DNA of 61,802 nucleotides from an uncultured Fibrobacterota bacterium (lineage in GTDB: Bacteria > Fibrobacterota > Chitinivibrionia > Chitinivibrionales > FEN-1185). The stretch spans positions 1-61,802 of the forward strand of contig CAVSQB010000035.1 of NCBI GenBank assembly GCA_963729895.1, read 5' to 3'. Shown piece after piece: positions 1-10,776 of this stretch (positions are counted from its first letter, which is position 1; each line of letters starts with the position of its first letter). The translations under genes were made by a program, and so were the position numbers. Under the pieces are notes generated by a model. It worked only from the letters and a program-made list of their open reading frames with translations, had not been told where the DNA came from and made no database searches.

Positions 1-2
1 CT

Positions 3-266
3 CTCTATCAAAACCACTTCTGTCCATCGCTGAAACTCAAATCTAAAATCCGGATAGGATCTCGATACCGCAAGACCTATGAAGAACCGAAAACTCCCTA
101 TCAAAGAATCGTTGAATCACCTTACATAGCTTCAGAAGTCAAGCAAAGCCTTGAACTGACCCACCGTGCTCTCAATCCATTCCAATTAAAAAAGACTATC
201 GAAAGAAAACTCAAAACCATTTTCAACCTTGTTACGGTTACCTCATTTGTGAGGCATCGAATCTGA
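3..266 (+). CDS. C-terminal part of an integrase-core (ISNCY-type) transposase, truncated by the window start
   Basis: Manual translation LYQNHFCPSLKLKSKIRIGSRYRKTYEEPKTPYQRIV...RHRI* resembles the C-terminus of ISNCY-type transposases. A repeated end motif follows: GGTTACC..TGAGGCA at ~237-256 and ~273-294. Confidence 0.7.
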   Translation, partial: LYQNHFCPSLKLKSKIRIGSRYRKTYEEPKTPYQRIVESPYIASEVKQSLELTHRALNPFQLKKTIERKLKTIFNLVTVTSFVRHRI

Positions 267-353
267 CCCTTCGGTTACCTTTTATTATGAGGCAACACGC
301 TTAAAGGTAATCCATTATCCGCGCAAATCAAGCAAAGACCGAAACAGGTTTCG

Positions 354-656
354 TTGTTTTTGTCAATAAATGATCGATCATTAAGAAATGTTGTTACACT
401 TGATAATTATGATATGCCGGAGGAACTGAAAAGCCGGATCGGATTATTTATCGCTCATTATCATAATTATCGCCAGCCTGAATCACTGGAGACGTTGTTA
501 AGGCTGATGTCTTTCATGGTCGGCAGACAAATTTTAGATCAGAGGAAGCGACAAAAGGGGAAGCAATACAAATCGGACGTCAGGAGTTTTGAAGATGTTA
601 TTGACACTTTAAGCAAGCAAGCATATATTACTGTTCAAAAGCAAACCATCTCTTAG
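354..656 (+). pseudogene. Degraded IS3-family transposase C-terminal remnant
   Basis: SLRNVVTLDNYDMPEELKSRIGLFIAHYHNYRQPESL resembles the IS3-type 'L.NY..P.EL...I..F..YYN..R.HESL' motif. No N-terminal or catalytic region; frame disrupted downstream. Confidence 0.6.
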
Positions 657-662
657 CTCTAA

Positions 663-1974
663 CAGGGTGTTGAAAAAGTCTCCCTTTTGTAAACATTTAT
701 CCTTATATTATAGGGGAACCCCAACCAAGGAGTATTGATGAGAGGTTCCCAGCCAGCCCAAGGCGGTATGTTCAGCTTCGTTTCTCCGGATTCCCGAGTG
801 CCGGCAACGCACCCGCTTCGTCGTGTCAAACAGTTTACGGACATAGCGCTGCGCCGCCTTTCTCGTGACTTTGAGGCGATGTACAGCCGGATGGGACGCC
901 CTTCGATACCGCCGGAATGGCTTTTGAAAGCACAGATATTGATGGCTTTGTTTTCGATACGGTCGGACCGGTTGTTTTGCGAGATGCTGGACTATAACAT
1001 TCTGTTCCGATGGTTTCTTGACATGGATCTGGATGCGGCATCGTTTGATCATAGTGTGTTTTCGAAGAACCGAGATCGACTTATGGAACAGGAGATTGCG
1101 CACCGGCTGATGCAGGAAATCGTGCGTCTTGCTCGTTCCGAAGAGTTGTTGTCCGATGAGCATTTCACGGTTGACGGCACGTTGATTGAAGCCTGGGCAT
1201 CGATGAAGAGCTTCAAGCGAAAAGACGCGGAATCGGCGAACAAGACTGACGATGATCGGAGTAATCCGTCGGTTGATTTCCACCATGAGAAGCGAAGCAA
1301 TGAGACACATCAGAGTTCGACCGATCCAGAGGCGCTGTTGGCTCGGAAGAACAAGAGAACGGGAGCGCAGCTGGCGTATTCCGGTCACGTGCTGATGGAA
1401 AACCGAAATGGGTTGTGTGTTGATATCGCCATTGCGCCAGCGACGGGGACAGCGGAACGGGATATGGCGCTTGAGCTGATAAAGCATGAACGCAGGCGCG
1501 GAAAACGCCGGATGAAGACGGTGGGTGCAGACAAAGGGTATCATGCAACCGAATTTATCAAGAGCCTGCGACGCCTGCACGTGAAGCCTCACATTGCCGA
1601 GAAGGCCAACACTTCGCTTAAAGGGTTGGATGGAAGAACGACTCGGCATAAGGGATACAGCGTAAGTCAAAGGAAACGAAAACGGGTTGAAGAGATATTT
1701 GGGTGGATCAAGAGCGTCGGTGGCCTGCGGAAAACTCGGGTAAGAGGAATACGAATCAACCAGACTGTTGCCTACGTGGTTGCCGCAGCGTACAACTTGA
1801 TACGCATGGTTAAGTTGATGCCGCAAACGGTGGGGGCAGCATGAGAATGGCCTGGGAATCCGGGGAAATGCCTCGGAACGAGGCAGGTAAAACCTCTCTG
1901 ACATATGTAAAGTTGAAGTTAGGTTCATAAAAAATCAACAAGAGCGCTTCTGTTAGGACTATTTCAACAACCTG
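663..1974 (+). mobile_element. IS5-family insertion sequence, intact
   Basis: Left TIR CAGGGTGTTGAAAAAGTC (663-680) versus reverse complement of the right end CAGGTTGTTGAAATAGTC (ends 1974). CTAA target duplication at 659-662 and 1975-1978. Confidence 0.92.
738..1844 (+). CDS. IS5-family DDE transposase
   Basis: GRPSIPPE N-terminal motif; VDGT, GADKGY and RKRVEEIFGW catalytic motifs; AAGGAG RBS before ATG 738. Confidence 0.93.
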   Translation: MRGSQPAQGGMFSFVSPDSRVPATHPLRRVKQFTDIALRRLSRDFEAMYSRMGRPSIPPEWLLKAQILMALFSIRSDRLFCEMLDYNILFRWFLDMDLDAASFDHSVFSKNRDRLMEQEIAHRLMQEIVRLARSEELLSDEHFTVDGTLIEAWASMKSFKRKDAESANKTDDDRSNPSVDFHHEKRSNETHQSSTDPEALLARKNKRTGAQLAYSGHVLMENRNGLCVDIAIAPATGTAERDMALELIKHERRRGKRRMKTVGADKGYHATEFIKSLRRLHVKPHIAEKANTSLKGLDGRTTRHKGYSVSQRKRKRVEEIFGWIKSVGGLRKTRVRGIRINQTVAYVVAAAYNLIRMVKLMPQTVGAA

Positions 1975-2140
1975 CTAAATAGATCTTGTCTACAACTTTT
2001 TGGAGACCATACAGGCTGTGGTCAGCCAGACTGAACTGGTCAAGCTGCAAGAGCCACGGGGAACAGGCGAAGCGATTGGCGGGAAACTTAAGGCGACTCA
2101 ACGGGATTTTCACCACCTTCGGCAAACCGGAAGGCTCTGA

Positions 2141-2827
2141 ATGAAACAGATATTCAAGAAACTGGCTGGAAAAAGTGTGACCCTCGATCATGTGTGCGAA
2201 GTGGGCGTGTATCTCCCGGAAACTTCAAACATCGCCGACTTCATAAAGGACCGAACCAGGGCGACCCTGGTGGAAGCCAACCCGGAATTGGTTGAAAAAA
2301 TCGAGACCTACTTCAAAGGATGCAACGCACGCATATATCCTTACGCGGTGTGGGACTGGAACGGCAAAATAAAGCTGGCAAAAGCAAAGGCATCAACATT
2401 CGTTTCCGACCTCAGCTCAAGTCCGGCAATCGTAAATGACGGGTACGAGGCTTCAAAAGATTCCGTGATTGAGGTGGAGTGCAGGAAGTTTTCTGAACTG
2501 GACGACGGTTGCATTGACCTTCTGAGCGTGGACATTGAAGGGGGTGAATGGTACGTCATCAAGCACATGACGAGCCGTCCGAAGATCATTTCGATCGAAA
2601 CACATTTCAAAGCGTACACAAATCCATTCATTAACGAGATCTCAAAATGGATCAAAGAAGAGAATTACCGGGTATGGTACAAAAACAAGAGCGATACCGT
2701 CTTCGTAAGAAAAGACGTCTTCGATTTGTCGATGCTGGATAGAATACTTCTCGTGATGCAGGAAATCAGAATCTCCATCAAGAAATTGAGGAACCAGATC
2801 AAGAAGCAGTTGAGAAAAGGCCCGTAA
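2141..2827 (+). CDS. FkbM-family methyltransferase
   Basis: EVG..., LVEANP, AVWD and IDLLSVDIEGGE motifs typical of FkbM. Confidence 0.85.
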   Translation: MKQIFKKLAGKSVTLDHVCEVGVYLPETSNIADFIKDRTRATLVEANPELVEKIETYFKGCNARIYPYAVWDWNGKIKLAKAKASTFVSDLSSSPAIVNDGYEASKDSVIEVECRKFSELDDGCIDLLSVDIEGGEWYVIKHMTSRPKIISIETHFKAYTNPFINEISKWIKEENYRVWYKNKSDTVFVRKDVFDLSMLDRILLVMQEIRISIKKLRNQIKKQLRKGP

Positions 2828-3158
2828 CTTCCGGATGTTGGCCCATCACGGCGCCAGTGTAAAAATCTATGAAGCTTACTATTGCCGCCGTTCTTTGTGC
2901 ATTATCCACCTCACCTATATCCGGACATTCTCCAAGGTCATGTCAAGCAGGCTGCAATCGACGCGAGCCATTGATAAGGAAGAACCTCGCAGCAAGCCCA
3001 TCCCTTTGGAAAAAAACATATCTATAGTCGCTCGCCGACCCCGAAGCAAGCTTCGGGAACGCGCAAACTTTGGGATTCAATGGATATTAGTCCCGGAAAT
3101 TTTTCTTTCTGTTTTCTGACAACATTGAAGATTACCTGTTTAACGTTTGTGTAAAACC

Positions 3159-4172
3159 TTATCTCAGATGCATCAGAAGAATGTCTGCAACATTCCCGGC
3201 TGGAATGCTCCTCATGCAATCGCAGGGGCCGCCGCGGCGGCAGTCACTGCAGATTCGGTCCGCAACCATCGCATGAGCTTTGCGGCCAATGGGCGCCCAT
3301 CGCCGCGGCCAGATCGGCTTCATGGGAGCATAGATGCCAATAGCGATTTTGTCCAGCACAGCTGCGATATGCAAAGGGCCGGTGCTGGCGGCAACCAAGG
3401 CATGGCACGAACCGATAAATGCCACCAATTCCGCCAGCGAAAGTTTCCCCGTTACGTCCGTTATTCGTGCACGGTTCTGCGAAAGAAAGCCCCTCATGGC
3501 TTCGCCTTCGGCTGAACTGCCCGTCACAAAGATCTGAAACCGATCGTCCGGTAGAAGAGAAACAAGCTCCGAGAAACGATCGAGTCCCCATTCCCGAGCG
3601 CTTCCTTTCGAGCAGGGATGCAAAATCACGGCCTGCAAATCCGGCTTGATAAGATTTTTCAGCCCGCGCGGAAGTTGTTTGATTTTTGTCAAGCCAAAGG
3701 AACCGTTGAGCTCGTCGAGCCCGGGGGATTCATGGATGTCCAGCGGAGCAAGGAGCTTGAGATTGAGCTGCGCTTCGTGAAGAGGCGAGTTTTGGCGGCT
3801 GAGCGGAACGAGCCTGTTGCAGGAGAACAGGTGATAAAACCTGCTGCGCGTCCCGATGCGAACGGGAATGTCGGCCCTTTTTGCAAGCCGGGCTATTTCC
3901 TTATTCGGGAACACATGGATTATGGCATCAACGTTCAGGTCCGCGAAGGCCTTTCTCCGGGACGCTTTGTCCAAACCGCCGATGGAATCCCAGTCGACAA
4001 ATTGATCGACATGGCAGCACGCGTCAACGACCGGTTTCGTGTAGGAATTTCCCAAAAATAACACCGCGCAGCCCGGATATTTCTTCTTGATAAACGCGGC
4101 AACCGGCAACGTGAGAACGACATCGCCGATTCCGTCGGTACGACTGATAAGAACCCGGCTCGGCGGATGCAT
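3159..4172 (-). CDS. Glycosyltransferase family 9 (LPS heptosyltransferase-like)
   Basis: RTDGIGDVVLTLP, HP..KGSAREW and STGPLHIAA motifs; start set at ATG 4172. Confidence 0.9.
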   Translation of the reverse strand: MHPPSRVLISRTDGIGDVVLTLPVAAFIKKKYPGCAVLFLGNSYTKPVVDACCHVDQFVDWDSIGGLDKASRRKAFADLNVDAIIHVFPNKEIARLAKRADIPVRIGTRSRFYHLFSCNRLVPLSRQNSPLHEAQLNLKLLAPLDIHESPGLDELNGSFGLTKIKQLPRGLKNLIKPDLQAVILHPCSKGSAREWGLDRFSELVSLLPDDRFQIFVTGSSAEGEAMRGFLSQNRARITDVTGKLSLAELVAFIGSCHALVAASTGPLHIAAVLDKIAIGIYAPMKPIWPRRWAPIGRKAHAMVADRICSDCRRGGPCDCMRSIPAGNVADILLMHLR

Positions 4173-4179
4173 CGCCCGG

Positions 4180-4941
4180 CTACGCTTTCCGCTCACGCGC
4201 AAGCTGACGGACTTTTGCATATTTGACAAAAGTGGCGAATGCAGAAATAAGACACACAACGAATCCGTGGCAGCCGTCCAGGAAACCTAATCTCAGAAAA
4301 TAGCTCTTGACGAACTTCCAGGCGGGCCGCATGACGAGATCCGGATATCGGGCCGTTCTTCCTTTCTTTCGGGCTTCAAGGGCCATCATGTCCGTGAAAC
4401 GATTGAGCTGTTCGATATGCTGCCTGATGGAATAATAAGAATAGTGGTGCAGGTCTCCTTTCAAGAATCCTTTTGAGCAACCTTTATTCAGGTGTACGGA
4501 TTCATGAATAGTTTCGCCCTGCCACTCACCTTTTCTGCGGTCCCAAAGACGAAGCCTGCGGTCCGGATACCAGTCGGTGTGCTTGATCCACGTGCCGCAG
4601 TAATTGGTAAGGCGGTTGAATTCATACCCGTCGCGCGCCCAGAGCCCCTTAACCGAACAAATCGATTGCTTGAGTTCGGGAGACACCGCTTCGTCGGCAT
4701 CAAGGGACAGGATGATAGGGAAACGAGCTTGCGCGATTGCCCAGTTCTTTTGTTCCGTGTAACCTTCAAAGGCGTGCCGCACCACCCGCACACCGATTCT
4801 TTCGCATATTTCAACAGTCTTGTCGGCAGAAAAGGAATCGACCACAACGATATCATCTGCAATGCCCTCAACCGAATGAAGGCACCGTTCGATGTTCTCT
4901 TCTTCGTTGAATGTGATGACGACCACCGAAATGTCGGGCAT
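4180..4941 (-). CDS. Glycosyltransferase family 2 (WaaE/KdtX-like)
   Basis: ISVVVITFNEE, VVDSFSAD, LDADE, YPD..LRL and IHE motifs. Confidence 0.9.
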   Translation of the reverse strand: MPDISVVVITFNEEENIERCLHSVEGIADDIVVVDSFSADKTVEICERIGVRVVRHAFEGYTEQKNWAIAQARFPIILSLDADEAVSPELKQSICSVKGLWARDGYEFNRLTNYCGTWIKHTDWYPDRRLRLWDRRKGEWQGETIHESVHLNKGCSKGFLKGDLHHYSYYSIRQHIEQLNRFTDMMALEARKKGRTARYPDLVMRPAWKFVKSYFLRLGFLDGCHGFVVCLISAFATFVKYAKVRQLARERKA

Positions 4942-5155
4942 AAGCCATTGTTGTCGGTTTAAGTGTTGTTGGTCAGCCGATGAGAATTCTTGCTTTTTCC
5001 AAGCGGATGAGCGAATCGGGGAGGTGCATATTTGTCAATCTGCTTTTCCTCAGACGCAACTTTCGGGTACACAACCTCTGAAAAGAATATACTCGTTTTT
5101 CGCTCCTTTTGCAAAACAGAAGAAAAGGAATCAGATTGACTATAGAGGAATCCTG

Positions 5156-5893
5156 CTACGCCTTCCCCCGTATGGCGTTTTTGACCAACCCGCACAGCAG
5201 GAGGGCCGCCAGTTCGGTGCGCAACCGGTTTTCGGAAAGAGAAACAAAGCCCGCGCCGACGGACTTGAGCGCCCTGATTTCCTCCGGAGAAAACGCGCCC
5301 GGCGGGCCCACGAAACAGGATATGATCGATGCCCGTTGCAGGTGGTGGCCGGCACCGGGCGGCAGCGGCGTCCCGGTTTGATCGGCCGCGAGCACGGGGC
5401 ATCCTGCGCTTTCGGCAAGGGCATCGGTGAATGATTGCGGGCGGCGCAGAAGCGGCAGCCAAGCCGAGCGCGCCTGCTTGATACCCGCAACCATCTTGTG
5501 GTGCAGCCGCGCCTCTTGTTTTTCCCATTCCTGCCACCATGGCTTCTGGCAGTAGTCGCAGGTCATGGGAACAATGACGGAAGCGCCCAGCGCGGCCAGG
5601 TTGGCCGAAAGCTCTTCAAACTCATCTTTGTCCGGCAGACCTACGCTCACGCGCAGCTCAGGTGTCGATTTGGGGAAAACCGTGGTTTGTTCCACTTGCG
5701 CTTGCGCCCCTGTTGTAGAGCGGTGACTGATGCGGCATTCGTACACCGTACCCTTGCCGTCGGTAATCCGGATGGTGCGCCCCGGTGCGCCGCGCAGCGC
5801 AGAAAACACGTGGCGCGATTCTTCTTTGTCGAGGAATGCCACGCCATGGTCGACGTGCGGGCAATAGAAGAGAAAATGGTCCGTGTGTGTCAT
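5156..5893 (-). CDS. rsmE: 16S rRNA (uracil1498-N3)-methyltransferase
   Basis: ESRHVFSALR, VGPPGAFSPEE and LSENRLRTELA SPOUT motifs. Confidence 0.85.
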   Translation of the reverse strand: MTHTDHFLFYCPHVDHGVAFLDKEESRHVFSALRGAPGRTIRITDGKGTVYECRISHRSTTGAQAQVEQTTVFPKSTPELRVSVGLPDKDEFEELSANLAALGASVIVPMTCDYCQKPWWQEWEKQEARLHHKMVAGIKQARSAWLPLLRRPQSFTDALAESAGCPVLAADQTGTPLPPGAGHHLQRASIISCFVGPPGAFSPEEIRALKSVGAGFVSLSENRLRTELAALLLCGLVKNAIRGKA

Positions 5894-5912
5894 GGCGCCG
5901 CCGATGAAAGGG

Positions 5913-6107
5913 TTATTCTTCAACTGCAATCGCATCAACCGGGCAGTTTGCGGCAGCATCGCGGCATTTTTCCTTGAGTTCCGCGGGCACCCGGTCGAGA
6001 ATGGTTTTTGCGATGTTGAACTCGTCGTCCATGGCGAATACTTCCGGACAGGTATCGACGCACAAGCCGCACCCGATGCACAGGTCTTTTTTTACAATCG
6101 CTTTCAT
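5913..6107 (-). CDS. Monocluster ferredoxin
   Basis: CIGCGLC..TCP...CPVDAI; 64 aa; GGAGG RBS. Confidence 0.92.
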   Translation of the reverse strand: MKAIVKKDLCIGCGLCVDTCPEVFAMDDEFNIAKTILDRVPAELKEKCRDAAANCPVDAIAVEE

Positions 6108-6355
6108 GTAGGGCCTCCCCGATTGTCGCTTTTCCTAAAATAATTCCCGTCCTTTGCGTCCTCCATGCATTGCTTCGCGTATTTGCACCACGTAAAGCAG
6201 GTTTGCATCGAGTTTTCCGAACTCCATCCGCATGCCGTGCAACGGACAAATGCGTCCGTCGAAAAGACCTCGACGCCGCTGCCGCAGACGGGACATTGCC
6301 TTACCGCAAGCGTCGGCGTACGCATGCTGTCAGATCCGGGGCACCGACCACGCAT
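6104..6355 (-). CDS. Small Cys-rich (Zn-ribbon) protein
   Basis: RCPGSD, CPVCG..VEVF, CTACG and CFTWCKYAKQC; translationally coupled between two ferredoxin genes. Confidence 0.7.
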   Translation of the reverse strand: MRGRCPGSDSMRTPTLAVRQCPVCGSGVEVFSTDAFVRCTACGWSSENSMQTCFTWCKYAKQCMEDAKDGNYFRKSDNRGGPT

Positions 6356-6356
6356 A

Positions 6357-7202
6357 TTAGACCCATTCCTCACTTTGTTTTGTCCCGTCAATTCCTATCA
6401 CAACGCTCTTCACCCGAATCTTCCGCTTTGCCTTTTCCCCTGCCCGTTTCGCGATCTTTAACAAGCCCCTGCAACAAGGGACTTCCATGGTGAGAACCGT
6501 GAGCGAATTGATTTTTGCGTCATCAATGAGCGCTGCAATTTTGTCAATGTATAGCTCCTGCCCTTCGTCGAGTTTTGGACAGGCGATGCCGAGCGCCCTC
6601 CCTTTCAGCCAGTCTTTGTGGAAATCGCCATAGGCGTACGCCACGCAATCGGCGGAAAGCACTACGTCCGCCCCTGCATAGGCGGACGACATCGGCGACA
6701 TGAGGTGAAGTTGCACGGGCCAGTGTGTGAGCTGCGACTGCCTTGCCGATGTATTGTTATTAATCCCTTCAACAACCGTGCCGCGCCTTTCCAGGCTCCG
6801 GTATGCACTGCCGGGGCATCCTGAATGCTGCCCGGAATGCCGGTTTCCCATTTCCGGCAAAGCAATGTTTTGCGATTTCAGGAATTCGAGCGCCTGGTTG
6901 TAGTACACCGTCTGGTTGTGCGATTTGAGATGGTTGAGGTGTGCGACAACTACGTTCTCACCTTGTTTGACGATATTGGCCATTACTCCCCTTTCATCGT
7001 ATGGCTCTGCCTCACGATCTTCGGTGGTAATCGCCGCTTCGGGGCAATGGCCGATGCACGCGCCGAGTCCGTCGCAGAAAAGGTCGCTTACCAGCCGCGC
7101 CTTGCCGTCCACGATCTGCATGGCGCCTTCCGGACAGTTTGGAATGCACGCTCCGCACCCGGTGCATTTTTGCTCGTCGATGTGAATGATGGTACGCTTC
7201 AT
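6357..7202 (-). CDS. 4Fe-4S dicluster domain protein (iron-sulfur cluster-binding oxidoreductase-like)
   Basis: CTGCGACIPNCPEGA, CDGLGACIGHCP, GCPGS, WPVQL, ACPKLD and MEVPCC motifs. Confidence 0.88.
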   Translation of the reverse strand: MKRTIIHIDEQKCTGCGACIPNCPEGAMQIVDGKARLVSDLFCDGLGACIGHCPEAAITTEDREAEPYDERGVMANIVKQGENVVVAHLNHLKSHNQTVYYNQALEFLKSQNIALPEMGNRHSGQHSGCPGSAYRSLERRGTVVEGINNNTSARQSQLTHWPVQLHLMSPMSSAYAGADVVLSADCVAYAYGDFHKDWLKGRALGIACPKLDEGQELYIDKIAALIDDAKINSLTVLTMEVPCCRGLLKIAKRAGEKAKRKIRVKSVVIGIDGTKQSEEWV

Positions 7203-7330
7203 TTTAGCCTCCAGCCTGAGAGTTATTTCGCGCTTCCACCCTTAACTATGGCGCTGGATGGAAGAAAAACCTTGATCCGGGTCAAGAAAGGGCGAGATGG
7301 ATTGCAGTCCGGATTCGTAAAACTCTCCGT

Positions 7331-10300
7331 TTACTTCCCCACATACAAATTCAACAAACTGTCCAGCCTTCTGCTCATCTTCTGCGCGCCGACGCAATTG
7401 AGGTGATTGGGGTCCAAAGCTTCGCTGTCGGCATAGTCGTGGTTCCCGCCGTTGTTGGCGTCGTAGAAATGCACGTAAGGATTTGCAGCGGAAAGGCTGT
7501 CGAGCCATTGGCAAATAAGAGCGTAAGTCGCCCGAGACGGACCGTACCTGCCGATGGACGTCGTGTTCTTGTACAAAGGGTTCTCTGGATACTCAACAAT
7601 GACGATTTGAACATGGGCGGCGGCCAGCGTATCGCACGCTGCCGCAACGTGCTGCAGGTTGGTCTGGAGATTCGAATCGGAAAACGGGTAGTCGCCTTTG
7701 TCAATTAATGCGTCGCCCCACCCTGTGCCGCGCTCCGATGCAGTGCACCCCGGCGGGTAGCCTGTGGAATCGAAGTCGGGCCATGACGGCGGGCCGAATG
7801 CCGCAATCTTTGTCTGCACCTGGGGCGGAACGCCCGCTTTCCAGAAATTGTTGCTCTTGTCAAATTGAAACCCCTGTGAATCGTACAGGCCGTTGAGAAA
7901 CGGATCGCTCCAGTAGTAGTCGGTGTTTAAGAAGCCGGGGTCAAGCCCCATTATAACCGCCTTGAATTTGGACGATTGTACCAGGAAATAGTCGATGGAC
8001 AGCACCGTGGAGAGGTCTGTTTCGCCCATGAATACGCCCATGTTTACAGCAGTGAATGAATGCATGGCTTTCGGATCAACGCCAAAATACGTGGGCGAGC
8101 TTCCTACCGCGGCCACGTCGAACGAGGCCCGCCATTTCCAGAACAGTTTCAGTTTTTCGGTAAGCTGGAGCTGCGACCCGTAGTTTGCTTCCATGGGTAT
8201 ATCGTACTTGGCAAAATTGACATACGGGTCCGGCAACTCGGACACCTGGCTCGGATCGATCCAGCAGTAGGGATCGCTTAAGTCGTTTCCGTCCGCGACC
8301 TTCCGGTACGATGAATCCTTAAGGCTGATAAGATACAGCGACGAGGCGCTCCCCGACCCGGTCGGTTTCGCGATCGCAGCCGCAAAATCGGGGTGGTTCG
8401 ACCACTTGACATTATCCCATTCCTGATATCCCGACGGAACCTCGTACCACTTCTGTACATGGGTTGGACACTGCACGCAGGAATTGCATATGAAGATGAT
8501 GGAATGGAAGCCGTAGGGTTTTCCCACGACGGTGCTTTTCTTGAGCGGATACCCAAAATCCAGGAACATAAGGTCGTCGGGATTTGCAAGACTTGGTGAT
8601 ATCGACACGTTACACACCTGAACCGTGTCGGTATTGGTGCCCGAATAGGGAGGGAGAAAATATCGGGTCAGGAAGTTTGCCCTTATATCATAGAGGTATG
8701 CGTTTGGATACCCGGTGGCAAGATATATCCCGTTTTTCGACATGCCGCCGTAGAAGGATCCCTTTGTATCTATGGCCTGGGAAGCGCCGGAAAAGTTGGG
8801 ACCGGCAAGGTGCCAGAGCATGGTGCGCTGGGTAATCCAGGCCGGCGCAAGGGAGTTGTCCATTGTGGCTTCCTCGGCTGCCACAATGCAGGTATCACCC
8901 GTGGCAGCGGTATCCACCCACCATGCAGGCAGATATGCGGATGCGCCCGGCGGCGTGCGGCTGCAAGCGACCACGGTGTCGCTCAGGCGCCGCAGGCTGG
9001 TTTGCGACGGCGCAGTAAATCCGAAATCCTGGGATCCGTACGCAACATAAGAGCCATTGGGTGAGAGGGTCGGCCCGTAGGCGGGAACCGAATCCGCAAT
9101 CACGTGTACATAGACCGACGATGACGTGAAATCGAGGTAGCACAGCCTGCGGCGGCCGTTGTCTTGTTTGACAAAAACAATTTTAACGGCAGCCGTTCCC
9201 ATGAGCGAAATGAGGTCGCTCTTTTCGGCGGTTATGGTTATGCCGAGGGAATCCCCGGCATGAGGAGTGGCATAGGCCTGGGTATCGGGGAAGAAAACGC
9301 CGAGCACGGTGCGGAACCCGACATGAGGGCTCAGCGTGTACGCGGTCATATGATACGGTTCTGCGCGGCTGCTCGAGCGCAGGAACGACGTACCGAGCTG
9401 AAAGCAGCCGCCCCGCACCGGCCGGTCAAAGGTCGCCTCGAATTGTTCGAGCGTCAGGTTCGTGGGGCCTACCGGGTTCACAATAAACGAATCGGGGTAC
9501 GGCGCAAGCCAGTCGTCCACGAACTCGGATACATTGCCCGCCATGTCGTACAGCCCGTAGGAATTCGGAATCTTCCGCCCAACCGGATGGGTGGTATTCG
9601 AATTCTCAACATTCCACGAATACCGGTTCGCCACCGCGGTGTCCGCGCTGTCGCCCCAGAAATAATCCGACGTCGTTCCCGCGCGGCACGCGTATTCCCA
9701 TTCCGCCTCGGTTGGAAGCCGGTAGCCCATCCGTTCGTAATGGATCACAAGATTTTCAAGTATGTATGGGCAGGAGCCCGCGCTCGGGCACACCGCGTCA
9801 TAAGTATACACAGTATCGTATCCGTCAAGTTTGCTGCGTTTGTTGCAAAAGAGGGCCGCGTCATACCAGCTCACGTAGTACACCGGGAAGCTGTCGCCCA
9901 CGCCGAAGGTGCCCTGCGTGGCATTGTTGACCGAAGGGTTGGACCCCGTGATCGCCTGGAACATGCCCTGCGTGACTTCGCATTTGTCCATGAAAAAGCC
10001 GTAGGTGAGCGAAACCGGATGCGGGGGCTTCTCGTCGCTGTTGGCCAAAGCGCTCTTCGATCCCATGAGAAACGGCACACCTTTCGGGTTGATCTGCGCC
10101 ATGAGCGCTTGTGAAGGCTTTTTTGCAAAACGGCAGACGACGGAAAGGTTTTTTGAGGCGATGATACGCAATGGGTTTTCCGTGGACTGGGCGCCTCCAA
10201 AAAATCCGATAAAGACAAATCCCGGGTTTGCATTGGCCGTTATGATCACCTCACTTCCCACGGGAACCTTTGGGTCCTGAGGGAAAACGGAAACCGTGCC

Positions 10301-10450
10301 GTTGGAATCGGCGGTTGCGGTGATTGTCACAGAGGGGGTCTTGGGCGGAGAAAAGGGATCGAACGAGCAGGAAGAGATAGAAACCACCGTCGCGATCGCC
10401 ACAAGCCAGACCATGTTCGGAGGTGTTCGGCTATGGGAAGAATGAGCCAT
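7331..10450 (-). CDS. TIGR02171-like Fibrobacterota lipoprotein with FGE/SUMF1 domain and C-terminal SGNH-like region
   Basis: Lipobox ISSC; FGE motifs EVTQ, RLPTEAEWEYACRAG and GLYDMAGNVSE; C-terminal GSS...DPNHLN. Confidence 0.8.
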   Translation of the reverse strand: MAHSSHSRTPPNMVWLVAIATVVSISSCSFDPFSPPKTPSVTITATADSNGTVSVFPQDPKVPVGSEVIITANANPGFVFIGFFGGAQSTENPLRIIASKNLSVVCRFAKKPSQALMAQINPKGVPFLMGSKSALANSDEKPPHPVSLTYGFFMDKCEVTQGMFQAITGSNPSVNNATQGTFGVGDSFPVYYVSWYDAALFCNKRSKLDGYDTVYTYDAVCPSAGSCPYILENLVIHYERMGYRLPTEAEWEYACRAGTTSDYFWGDSADTAVANRYSWNVENSNTTHPVGRKIPNSYGLYDMAGNVSEFVDDWLAPYPDSFIVNPVGPTNLTLEQFEATFDRPVRGGCFQLGTSFLRSSSRAEPYHMTAYTLSPHVGFRTVLGVFFPDTQAYATPHAGDSLGITITAEKSDLISLMGTAAVKIVFVKQDNGRRRLCYLDFTSSSVYVHVIADSVPAYGPTLSPNGSYVAYGSQDFGFTAPSQTSLRRLSDTVVACSRTPPGASAYLPAWWVDTAATGDTCIVAAEEATMDNSLAPAWITQRTMLWHLAGPNFSGASQAIDTKGSFYGGMSKNGIYLATGYPNAYLYDIRANFLTRYFLPPYSGTNTDTVQVCNVSISPSLANPDDLMFLDFGYPLKKSTVVGKPYGFHSIIFICNSCVQCPTHVQKWYEVPSGYQEWDNVKWSNHPDFAAAIAKPTGSGSASSLYLISLKDSSYRKVADGNDLSDPYCWIDPSQVSELPDPYVNFAKYDIPMEANYGSQLQLTEKLKLFWKWRASFDVAAVGSSPTYFGVDPKAMHSFTAVNMGVFMGETDLSTVLSIDYFLVQSSKFKAVIMGLDPGFLNTDYYWSDPFLNGLYDSQGFQFDKSNNFWKAGVPPQVQTKIAAFGPPSWPDFDSTGYPPGCTASERGTGWGDALIDKGDYPFSDSNLQTNLQHVAAACDTLAAAHVQIVIVEYPENPLYKNTTSIGRYGPSRATYALICQWLDSLSAANPYVHFYDANNGGNHDYADSEALDPNHLNCVGAQKMSRRLDSLLNLYVGK

Positions 10451-10776
10451 AGTGAGAGTACGTTCGCTGTGACCCGTTCATTTCCGGGTTTGTTGAGGCG
10501 AGCGGAAAGGTGGCCGCTGGAGAATATACTCCTTACAATTTAGGCTGGCAAGCCTGCGTCCTTTGTGAGCACGCACTCTTCGATGAATCCGGCCAAGGGT
10601 GCGCCAAAAAGGAACATCAAATCGAGTTTCTTAATCGTATTGTCTCAAGTGCGAGCGAGGATAAGAAGCGGAACATAGAGTCCATGTTCTGTCGCCGCGG
10701 AAATTAAATTATCGTCTTTGGTCCCCTGCGGCATGTATTGCTTTTGGGTTCTGGTTTCCCAGAGAAATCTTCCCTC

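Noticed and set aside
708..1928. 406-aa minus-strand ORF
   Set aside because: Antisense shadow of the IS5 transposase.
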